This document shows positions 12,186-20,953 of a DNA stretch of 21,189 nucleotides, one piece after another. The stretch's first letter is position 1. Each line of letters opens with the position of its first letter. Origin of the DNA: Octopus sinensis. Lineage: Eukaryota. The position numbers and the translations under genes are program-made. The DNA lies in contig NW_021823790.1 of assembly GCF_006345805.1 (NCBI RefSeq), positions 1 through 21,189 of the forward strand, given 5' to 3'. A model generated the notes under the pieces. The model was not told the DNA's origin, did no database searches, and saw only the letters and a list, made by a program, of their open reading frames with translations.

Positions 12186-12356
12186 TGTCGTTAAGTTCCG
12201 AGTTCAAACTCCGCCGAGGTCGATTTGCCTTTCATCATTTTGGGGTCGATAAATTAAGTACCAGTTACTCACTGGGGTCGATGTAATCGACTTATTTCGT
12301 TTGTTTGTCCTTGTTTGTCCCCTCTGTGTTTAGCCTCTTGTGGGTAGTAAAGAAAT
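12186..12356 (+). mobile_element. Family A SINE, 5'-truncated (young-tail type)
   Basis: Highly similar to 6522-6693 from the B box through the GTAGTAAAGAAATA tail. Confidence 0.9.
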
Positions 12357-12419
12357 ATATATATGTGTATATACATATATATATACACACATACATGAAT
12401 ATATACATACATACATACA

Positions 12420-12464
<45 letters not shown>

Positions 12465-12482
12465 ATATATATATATATATAT
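12357..12482. repeat. (TA)/(TACA) tract
   Basis: Direct repeats following the SINE tail. Confidence 0.92.
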
Positions 12483-12979
12483 AATTTTGTCTCCCCTTCG
12501 TAAATGTATATAAGGACATGTATATAAGGTCAAAGCCATTAGGAGGCGTCGATGCTTCCTAGGGCTAAACAGCGGTGGTGTAACCCCCTACTGTCACGTT
12601 CACGTTAGATTGACAGTATACCAACCATTCTATATATATATAATATATATTATATTACATATATACACACACACACATACGCACACGCATGTACGTACTA
12701 CATGCCAACCAGACTGTGCTTTTTGTCTTCCAAGTCTTGAAACCTGTACAGTACAGGGCACCTGGTATATTTATATGTGACACAGATATAAGTAATTGTG
12801 GAATTTTTTGTGCGTAGGCGCAAGTGAAACTTGTATAATTGTGTTCGACACGCACACGCGCGCACACCTGCTCACTGATACGTAGAAACACAGACACATA
12901 GACTCACAGGAACACACGCACACATCTGTAAGTGAATATAATGAGTGAGAGATAGAGAGGTAGTCAGACAAGCGATATA

Positions 12980-12992
12980 CTGATAGATTGAC

Positions 12993-13063
<71 letters not shown>

Positions 13064-13093
13064 CAGACTAACAGACAGATAGATAGATAGATA
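12980..13093. repeat. (GATA)n tract at the LINE 3' end; (TATC)n on the LINE sense strand
   Basis: Direct repeats. Confidence 0.95.
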
Positions 13094-13378
13094 ACTTTCT
13101 TTATTGGCCACACAGGGCTGGACATAGAGGGGACAAATACATATGTAGAGCTTTTCTTTCCTAGATGGAAAAGGAAAAAGAAAAGAAAAGGAAACAAATG
13201 TAAAATTTCGATAAAAGGGATCGGGAAAAACAGCGATCAAAAGGGATCGCGTATCACAGAAAGAATTTTTTTTTTTAAAGTAACAAACAAGATTAGGTTC
13301 ATATGTGGAAAGAAAAGCCTACAGAAAAGATCACAGTAACCTCAGCCAGGGAGGAAATAAACACATGAGAGCAAAGTG

Positions 13379-13415
<37 letters not shown>

Positions 13416-13423
13416 TTTACGAT

Positions 13424-14578
13424 TTACAGGATCATGCTCAAAGTGGTTTCGTCACTCGCACGCACCATCTTTGTTACATTCACCCACCTTTTTTGAAACT
13501 TTTGCCTCTCCATTCTCACCTTCCTTTTCAAGTGGTACTTGAAAAAGTTGATGAGCGATTGACCAGAGAGGTAAGTGTTTGTCTCTAATCATTTCGCTCG
13601 AGTCCACCACACATTCTTTCACCATAGCCACCAGTACGATGAAAACTGCCTTGCCTTCCCGGTTGAGGGAAGGGGGCAGTGCAATTCACTCAATAGACTC
13701 GGCCGACAGGCGGACTCGTACCACACGTGACAGCAGCCCACAGGTCCGAAATGGTTGGACACCGCATCTCAGGCAAGTCGGTCCAGTGCGTCTCGAACCG
13801 TGCCTGTAGAGTTTATCCTGAACAGGTAATGCTTCTCGATAGCACTGCCAGGCCTGGGATCTTTGTAATTGTCCATAGGTCCTGGCCCGAAAGTTGTCCC
13901 GAAGAAACGGGTCAGGTGTCTCTCGTCGACGCCCAGATTCTGCCCGAGAACTTCGTCGCATCTCCCCTCCACTAATCCTCTGCAGAACGCCTTTGTTGTA
14001 ATGAAGTCACACAAATGTGGTCCCGGGCGGCAGAGTTGCTTGAGAGCAACGCGACACTCGCGGTGCCATTCGCCTAGCCTCGGTCACTGTTTGATCCACG
14101 ACTGTAGTTCAGCGAAGGAAACGAGCTGCGGGAAAGCGCATCGCACGAAAGGCAACCACACCTATTCACCATCATTTATGAAGCGCCAGAGATGTCGCAG
14201 TCTCAGCACATGTCTGCGCATCATCAACCACGGCATGCCTAACCCTCTATTTAGCGGGTGTTGATAGCAAATGGATCGCCTAACCATCGGAACGCTTCCC
14301 TTCCACAGGAAGCGGAAGAGTATGCGTTCCAGTTTGGTGATGGTAGGGTCGGGACAAGGCACGACGGTCAGACGGTACTTGATGACGGATGCCATGTACG
14401 CGTTCGCTACCTCCGCCCGACCTTTTAGGAATAGCTTCATCTCAGCTCATTGCTGGCTGAGAGTGGCTACCCTAGTCATTATTTCGCCCCATTTGGAGGT
14501 CCGGACCGAACCAGACTCCGAGCAATTTAACCGGTCCGTCGGTCCAATGTCCCACGATAGAGACGCTGTTGGACGGCA
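13424..14578 (-). pseudogene. Disrupted LINE ORF2: end of RT domain, linker, zf-RVT-like region, C-terminus
   Basis: [20 protein letters not shown] (RT-terminal LG motif); KLFLKGRAEVANAYMASVIKYRL...LERILFRFLWKGSVPMVRRSICYQHPLNRGLGMP (L1/Tx1 LSxxGR...FLW...GGLG signature); AWQCYREALPVQDKLYRHGSRRTGPTCLRCG (zinc-binding region, truncated by a deletion); ...KRWVNVTKMVRASDETTLSMIL*. Several stops and frameshifts. Confidence 0.9.
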
Positions 14579-14661
14579 GAAGCAAGCTCATGCCATCCAA
14601 CAACGTCTCCATCGTGGGACACTGGACCGACGGACCGGTTAAATTGCTCGGAGTCTGGTTC
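14508..14661. repeat. 71-bp inverted repeat with 12-nt loop
   Basis: Arms 14508-14578 and 14591-14661 match at 67/71; loop is GAAGCAAGCTCA. Confidence 0.97.
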
Positions 14662-14665
14662 AGTC

Positions 14666-14733
<68 letters not shown>

Positions 14734-14811
14734 GGATATATGGATAGATAGATAGATAGATACATAGATAATTAAAGAAAGAGACTGATAAATAGACAGA
14801 CAGACAGACAC

Positions 14812-14883
<72 letters not shown>

Positions 14884-14987
14884 GTAGACAAATAGATAAA
14901 TTGAGAGATAGATAGAGAGACAGATAGACAGACAGACAGACAGACAGATAGACAGATAGACACAGACAGACAGACAGACGGACGGAC

Positions 14988-15033
<46 letters not shown>

Positions 15034-15050
15034 GTAGATAGATAGATAGA
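14666..15050. repeat. (GATA)n/(GACA)n tract at the LINE 5' junction
   Basis: Direct repeats. Confidence 0.95.
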
Positions 15051-15544
15051 GGAATGTAATCCACAAGTGTTTTTTGATGAATGCATAGTGCTCACGTCGG
15101 AACCAAGGTGTCGTTCCATTGCCTTTTTTTACCCGGCTTTACATCCTTGAGGAGGGAGAATAAAACATGTCATAATCCATGAAGATCCGAAATTCTTTCA
15201 CGTTTCTCTTACCAATATACACCGTGTTATTCTTTGTAATAATCTACCATAATTATGGTGGTGTTTCGGTTGCGTCAATAGCGTCTGCTACTGAAATCTT
15301 TGTGACGTCTAATTAGGCTCTCTGCATTTTCAGTTCAAATCCAACCGAGGCCACCTCAAAAGTTGTTCGTTCGTTTTTGGTGTTATATAAATTGCCAGCC
15401 TCTCAGAGAGGGATGATGGAGAAAGCGATAGGCTACGGTTATACGTTCTTATTTTCTATCCCCTTCTGATCCCTGATGAAGAAGCGGTAGAATGGTGGAC
15501 ATTCCCTCCCTGAACATTCCATCTGTCTATCAGTCTAGATTATA

Positions 15545-15616
15545 CTTATATATGTGTGTTTGTGTGTGCGTATGTATATATATATATAATGTATGTGTGT
15601 ATATATATATATATAT

Positions 15617-15651
<35 letters not shown>

Positions 15652-15652
15652 G

Positions 15653-15686
<34 letters not shown>

Positions 15687-16022
15687 TAAGCCTGAGAAAA
15701 GCATGGGACGGTCTAGCAGGAATGTCTTTTGTTGAAACTGAGCTCAGGGGGAAAACTAAGCAACAGCACGCTGCTGTTGTAATTGGATGATTCTCTTCTA
15801 TTTTTTGTTTTCTTTTTCTCATTTTTCATTTTGAAACCATCCGGGTTTTTTTGTAACAATACGATATATTTCGCCTACTCTCTTCCCCCCCTCTCTATTT
15901 TCCTTTCTCTCTCTCTCAATTTTTATCTTTCCCCCTCTCTCACTAGATGTACACAATCACTTTATAGAAAGATATATATATATATATATGTATAATATAT
16001 ATTATAAATACATTACATATAT

Positions 16023-16071
<49 letters not shown>

Positions 16072-16090
16072 GTATGTACCTATGTATGTG
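15545..16090. repeat. (TA)n tracts at 15545-15689 and 15970-16090
   Basis: Direct repeats flanking a mostly unique segment. Confidence 0.88.
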
Positions 16091-16942
16091 TGATATACAT
16101 GCGCTTGACAATTGTTATTTGTTCTCGTCATTTTATTCGTTTTCGTTCGTAAAGAAAAGAAACGGGTAGCATTTCACACACCGGAACAAAATTCTGCAAA
16201 ATAGAAGTTAAATATAAATAAAAAAAAGAAATTATCTATCCATCTACACACACCACACATACACACATGTATATATATATATATGATTTTGCTTGTCCCA
16301 CTCCTTCTTATCAGTTCCTTGGTGAAAATGGGCTGCATTAAAAATAGAAAGCAAACAAAAAGATAGAGGAATATAAAAAAAACAAACAAAAAAAAAACGG
16401 GGTTTTAATCATACAACTCTTTGTTACTATTGTATAAACAAAAGCGTCACGTGGCCACTGTCAGAAATTGAACTGACGACATAACTACGCCAAACAAAAG
16501 TGTCACGTGAACGCTGCCATAAACTGAACGCCATAACTATTGTACTTATAAATAACGTTTTCTACCTTGTTTTAATATTTTATATTTCTTTCTTCTTAGC
16601 TTATTTTATTTTATTTCATTTTGTTGGTTATATATGCATGTACATTTTTGATACCAGCTTTTCTTTGAAAATAAATCAAAACATAATAACGATATTTATT
16701 TTGAAATTTGTATGATTCCAAGTAATTAAAAACTGGACATCAGTAACACCGTGGAACGTAAAAAATTTGATTTGGCTTCTCTGAAACAACGGAACGAATG
16801 AGTAAATATCTAAAAATATTAACTAAAACACACCCTGCCAATAACATTATTTCTTTTGGCATTTTTATTTGGCTTTATCCGTATTTTCTTTGCCTTTCAA
16901 AACACCCTGTGGATTTATTATCATTTTTATTACCTGCCATTC

Positions 16943-17110
16943 GGCGGCGAACAGGCAGTATGATTAGCACGCGGGGCAAAATGCTTAGAACTGTTTTGTC
17001 CGCCTCTACTTCCTGAGTTCAAATTCCTCCAAGCCCGACTTTGCCGTTCATCCTTTTAGGGTCGATGAAATAAGTACCAGTTAAGTTTTGGGATCGATGT
17101 ATAATCTACT
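16943..17110 (+). mobile_element. Family A SINE, old copy
   Basis: GGCGGCGA...TTAGCACGCGGGGCAAAATGCTTAG...GAGTTCAAATTCC...GACTTTGCCGTTCATCCTTTTAGGGTCGATGAAATAAGTACCAG. Confidence 0.85.
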
Positions 17111-17148
17111 AGTCTCTTTCCCTAGAATGGATTGTTTGTCGTTCTTAA

Positions 17149-17340
17149 GGTTAGCTAGCAGAACCGTTATTGCATCAGCATTTTTCCTGTTTGTCTTTTT
17201 TTTAAATTCTGAGTTAAAATTCTGCTGAGGTCACCTTTGCACACCATTCTTTCATTAAATACCAGTTAAGCACTGAGGTCGGTGTACTTGACTTGTGCTC
17301 TCCTACGAATGCCAAGCCTTGAGTCTGTATTAGAAACAAT
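17149..17340 (+). mobile_element. Family A SINE, strongly diverged copy with old-type tail
   Basis: GCTAGCAGAACCGTTA...TTCTGAGTTAAAATTCTGCTGAGGTC...TACCAGTTAAGCACTGAGGTCG...AAGCCTTGAG...TTAGAAAC. Confidence 0.7.
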
Positions 17341-17349
17341 AATTACTAT

Positions 17350-17414
17350 CAGTTCGAATCCCACCGGAGCCAACTTTGATTTCATCCTTTCTGGGTCGAA
17401 ACAAAAAAGCACCA
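17350..17414 (+). mobile_element. Family A SINE fragment (B box to central domain)
   Basis: AGTTCGAATCCCACCGGAGCCAACTTTGATTTCATCCTTTCTGGGTCGAAA. Confidence 0.65.
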
Positions 17415-17439
17415 TTCAGGTACTGAAGTCGACACAAGG

Positions 17440-17570
17440 GAGCGATCGGGCCGATTCAGGATTATTGCTTAGCGGCATTTCTTCCATCTCTTTACGTTCT
17501 GAGTTCAAGTTTCACCGGGGTTACCTTTGCCGTTAACCCTTCGGGGTCGATAAAATATGATCAGTTCTAC
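17440..17570 (+). mobile_element. Family A SINE, diverged, 3'-truncated
   Basis: TGCTTAGCGGCATTTC...ACGTTCTGAGTTCAAG...CCTTCGGGGTCGATAAAA. Confidence 0.78.
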
Positions 17571-17571
17571 T

Positions 17572-17763
17572 ATAGTCACAAGGCCTTAAATTTGGTGGAA
17601 GGAAATAGTCGAATAGATTGACCTCAGTACTCAACTGATTCTTAATTTATCGACCCCGAAAAGGCGAAGTCGACTTCGGCTGAATTTGAACTCAGAACGT
17701 AGTGGCAAACGAAATACCGCAGAAAATTTCACCCGGCGTGCTAACGATTCTGCCATCTCGCCG
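17572..17763 (-). mobile_element. Family A SINE, full length, old-type tail
   Basis: Reverse complement reads CGGCGAGATGGCAGAATCGTTAGCACGCCGGG...GAGTTCAAATTCAGCCGAAGTCGACTTCGCCTTTTCGGGGTCGATAAATTAAG...AAATTTAAGGCCTTGTG. Confidence 0.88.
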
Positions 17764-17858
17764 TTGATAAAATATAATGCCGATTAAGTAGTAAGGTGGA
17801 ATGTAATCGACTGGCCACCTCCATGAAAATTGCAAGCCTTGTGTCAAAATTGAAGCTA
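17764..17858 (+). mobile_element. Family A SINE 3' fragment, old-type tail
   Basis: TGATAAAATA...GATGTAATCGACT-like GAATGTAATCGACT...AAAATTGCAAGCCTTGTG. Confidence 0.6.
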
Positions 17859-18610
17859 TTATATGCAGTCATTAAGGGTCTGTGAATAACTGATTCAGTA
17901 TCCGTAGTTCCAGAAACAAATGATTTCTACAATCCGATGACGTCAATGATGGCGCAATGATGTGTTTTTGACACGTAGTGTCGATGGGGGAGAGCTTTCT
18001 CCGAAGTCTAATTCCGTATGGAAAGCTTTTCCCTTGCCAGATTGAATACGAACCTGTTAAATATGATTGTATAGACGTTAAGGTCTCGGATTTCTCTGTT
18101 AGAAAACAACGGCGAATGTTGCATCTTTGTGGAATGGCCAGAAAAGGAAATTTATAAGAATATTTGGCAATCGCAAGGAAATATATCTGAGTGTTAGATT
18201 TTTGTATTTTTTTTCTGACGTGATGGAATGAAAGGAGAGACAGGAAATTGCTTATATCATAAAATCTCTGCTTGCGTCGTTAACATTTTGTAATAAAATG
18301 GTCGTATTTGTCTTCCTTCGTATTTTTAATATTTTTTTTATCCAATTTATCAAATAAATCTTAAGATATTTACATGATTTCTGAGATTTTTCTGTTGTTT
18401 TGTATGTATTTACGTAATGTAATAAAATATATAACTGGTGTTAAAACTGAATAAATGTATTTAGTTAACAGTCACGATAAACATACATATAAAAATGACA
18501 CAATCGTATTTCTGCTTTAGAATATTTACACATCGTGTAAGTCATGAGAAGTAATATCTTACTAAAGTGAAAGATGTCTGTGAAAGGTGCGGGAGCAAAA
18601 TATAACCTTG

Positions 18611-18867
18611 ATTTACATTATTTACATTATTTACATTTGACGGATATTTATCCTCATTTGTTTGTTGTTAACATAACGTTTCGGCTGATATACCCTCCAG
18701 TCTTCATCAGGTGTCTTGGGGAAATTTCGAACCTGGGTTCTCATTTCTAAGGTATATTTCGATGAAGGCTGGATGTTAACAACAAACAAGATGAGGACGA
18801 TTATCCGTCAAATGGAAATACTGTAAATAATGTACATAATCCCTCATCTCTTAAATATAGAACTGTA
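18611..18867. mobile_element. Penelope-like (PLE) pseudo-LTR-type non-autonomous element, two arms head-to-head
   Basis: Minus arm about 18756-18611 contains the hammerhead. Plus arm 18761-18867 is the same sequence with the ribozyme core deleted. Arms 18614-18674 and 18773-18834 match at 56/62 columns. Minimal hammerheads and inverted pLTRs are established PLE features. No RT or GIY-YIG coding sequence is present. Confidence 0.7.
18670..18715 (-). ncRNA. Minimal type I hammerhead ribozyme motif, possibly inactivated in this copy
   Basis: Minus strand: GACAC-CUGAUGA-A-GACUG-(GAGGGUAUAU)-CAGCC-GAA-ACGU-U-AUGUU. Full catalytic core, stem II 4/5 paired, palindromic ACGU stem III, stem I GACAC/AUGUU with a C.A mismatch next to the cleavage site. 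Confidence 0.75.
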
Positions 18868-19128
18868 TAAACTTTATTTGTTTTTATTAATAGAAATTTT
18901 TCTTGTACATGCGCATCTTCACCAATGTGCAAAAGGAGATCTGGGCCTCACAAGCAGCCTTCGGCTTTTTCCATTTAAAGTGTTTTTTTAATCAAATATT
19001 TCATGTGCTTCGAGATCCACAGTTCCAAAATAGAATTATCTCACGTTCTCTCGAAAGTTTGTGTATGTCCACAACATACAGTTCTCGCTGGTAAGAAACA
19101 GTTCGAAACAGATGTGGGAATTCCAAGA

Positions 19129-19197
19129 ATTGCTTTAGTCCAGTGGTAAACGCCCATCATATCTGCGGGAAATATTGGTTCAAATCCCAACGGGGAC
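19129..19197 (+). pseudogene. Decayed tRNA-like sequence, most similar to eukaryotic tRNA-Asp
   Basis: TTAGTCCAGTGGTAA (A box/D arm), GCGGGA, GGTTCAAATCCC (B box) and ACGGGGA 3' end occur in tRNA-Asp order and spacing. The acceptor 5' strand and anticodon arm are broken. Confidence 0.5.
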
Positions 19198-19634
19198 TTC
19201 GAACTTTTCAATCTTAAGAGGTTCTTCAACCTATTATTTATGTGCTATTATTTATAGTTTTATGTGCTTCCATATTCTCTGTTCCAAAAACAGAAAAAGA
19301 TTTAATTTCGCTTGCGATAGCCGGTTCTTTTGGTCAAACTACCGTATCTCCAGCTGCTTCAGATGCCAAGATATCAAAAATTGTCTAAGTCTGGTACGAC
19401 GGTTTGGCATTTTTCAAAAGGGTAGTAAGTTTCGCATACGATAGTTTTGCAAAAATATTTCTAACTGAAAATATCATACATACATGGATTTACGATTTTA
19501 TTCACCCAACAAAGTATTATTGTTAAGATGAAACTGTTGCTAAAGTAAAAAGAAATCGAATGGTGATACTATTTTTTAGTTTTCTAAAAAAAACAACGAT
19601 TTGGACTTTCGACACTTTTGATAATAGCAACGCT

Positions 19635-19822
19635 ATGTGTGTGTGTGTGTATTTGTACAAACGTATTTATAGTTAACGTATATATGTATATACATACATA
19701 TATACATGGATATATACATACACACATATGTGTATAAATATATATATATATATACTCGCATATACATTCACATACATACACAGACGCACCTATCTCTCTA
19801 TATATATATGTATATATATATC
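19635..19822. repeat. (GT)/(TA)/(CA) compound tract
   Basis: Direct and degenerate repeats. Confidence 0.88.
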
Positions 19823-20285
19823 TTTATCGGTTTTCAGGAAAGCCGAGTTAGATTTCCGCCTCCCCATTATCTAAGATTCCAATATTAATTACATTGTTTG
19901 CTTTGATCCTTATCGTATCTCTTTCTTCCATTTATTTTATAATTATCTTTAAAGAAATATTTTATGGTGGCCGCAGTACATTTTCAGAGTGTATCTAGCT
20001 ATGACTTCGTCTCATATAAATAACTGGACACGAAGTTAACACCGAAGGACATGTATAACTTTGTATTGTTGGAGGGTTGTAGCAGTTTGAAAGTTTAGCG
20101 ATTAAGCTGAAGAATATTTCAGTTCAATGGATACTCATTACTTTTTGAAGAAACAAAACCATGATTCGTAGGAATCTGTACGAAATGGCTCTAAGTGAGA
20201 AATAGCAAAGAACAGTTTTGAATGTACGTTATAGTGCCTCAATCAAAACGAATGACGAAAGATTCAAAAGCTAAGCTATCAGACT

Positions 20286-20715
20286 GGCGTGTCTGTGTAA
20301 GAAGAAGCAAGCTTGCTTCCAGATCACATGGTACCAGATTCAGTCCCATTGCGTGGTACCTTGAGCAAGTGTCTTCTACTATAGCCACGGGCCAACAGAA
20401 GAATTGTGAGAGGATTTGGTAGATGGAAACTGGAACAAGACCATCGAGTATATGTATATATATATATATATAATATATATGTATGTATGTATGTGTGTAT
20501 TTGTGTGTCTTTGTTTGTCCCCCACCCATCGCCTGACAACGGATGCTGGTGTGTTTACGTCCCACTAACTTAGCGGTTCGACAAAAGAGACCGATAGAAT
20601 AAATACTAGGTTTCCAAAGAATAAGTAATGGGGTCGAATTGTTCGACTAAAGGCGGTGCTCCAGCACGGACAAAGTCAAATAACTGGAACAAGAGAAAGA
20701 ATAAAAGAATAGAAT
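20286..20715 (+). mobile_element. Full-length family B SINE: tRNA head, CORE-like domain, internal microsatellite, 3' module
   Basis: Head ...GATTCAGTCCCATTGCGTGG; CCTTGAGCAAGTGTCTT resembles the MIR/CORE motif CCTTGGGCAAGT; internal TA/GT tract 20448-20505; 3' module GCGGTTCGACAAAAGAGACCGATAGAAT...AAGGCGGTGCTCCAGCA; (AAGAATA)-type tail. Homologous to four other copies here. Confidence 0.88.
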
Positions 20716-20953
20716 ATCTTAAAATCTGAAAATGTAGTCTAAATTTAAAGTTTTGTGTCTACTTTTCCTATCACTCCGCTTAAGCTTAAACTGAAAGCGA
20801 AACTTCCATATTTATATTTAAATACTTTTAGAGAATATATTATGTTTTCTTTGAAAATCTAGTTTCTTTCAAAATTATTTGCACACCTATATTCCGTTCG
20901 CTCAGAAATTTGAAAAAATAAAAATTTTAGCAATTATTAATATTGATATCCAT

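Larger units (their letters stand above)
13095..14661 (-). mobile_element. 5'-truncated L1/Tx1-type non-LTR retrotransposon: ORF2 3' half, about 330-nt 3' UTR, inverted 5' duplication
   Basis: ORF2 remnants (next feature). Stop codon at 13426-13424, then a pyrimidine-rich UTR ending AGCCCTGTGTGGCCAATAAAGAAAG (AATAAA at 13105-13100) and a (TATC)n tail. Including 13095-13423 as the UTR is inferred from continuity. Confidence 0.85.

Noticed and set aside
12541-12618. Two small hairpins: 7 bp at 12541-12560 and TACTGTCA/TGACAGTA at 12589-12618
   Set aside because: Short stems of this size are expected by chance across 21 kb; no family motif.
12962-14668. AGTCAGA at 12962 and 14662 as a LINE target-site duplication
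   Set aside because: Only 7 bp, resembles the surrounding GACA/GATA repeats, and is separated from the tail by non-matching sequence.
15421-15500. CTGATGA at 15473-15479 with GAAA at 15421, a possible second hammerhead
   Set aside because: No stem I or II pairing can be built in any permutation, and there is no downstream GAAA.
15738-15780. Palindrome CTGAGCTCAG and hairpin CAACAGCA-cgc-TGCTGTTG
   Set aside because: Isolated short palindromes with no supporting context; intrinsic terminators are not relevant in this eukaryotic DNA.
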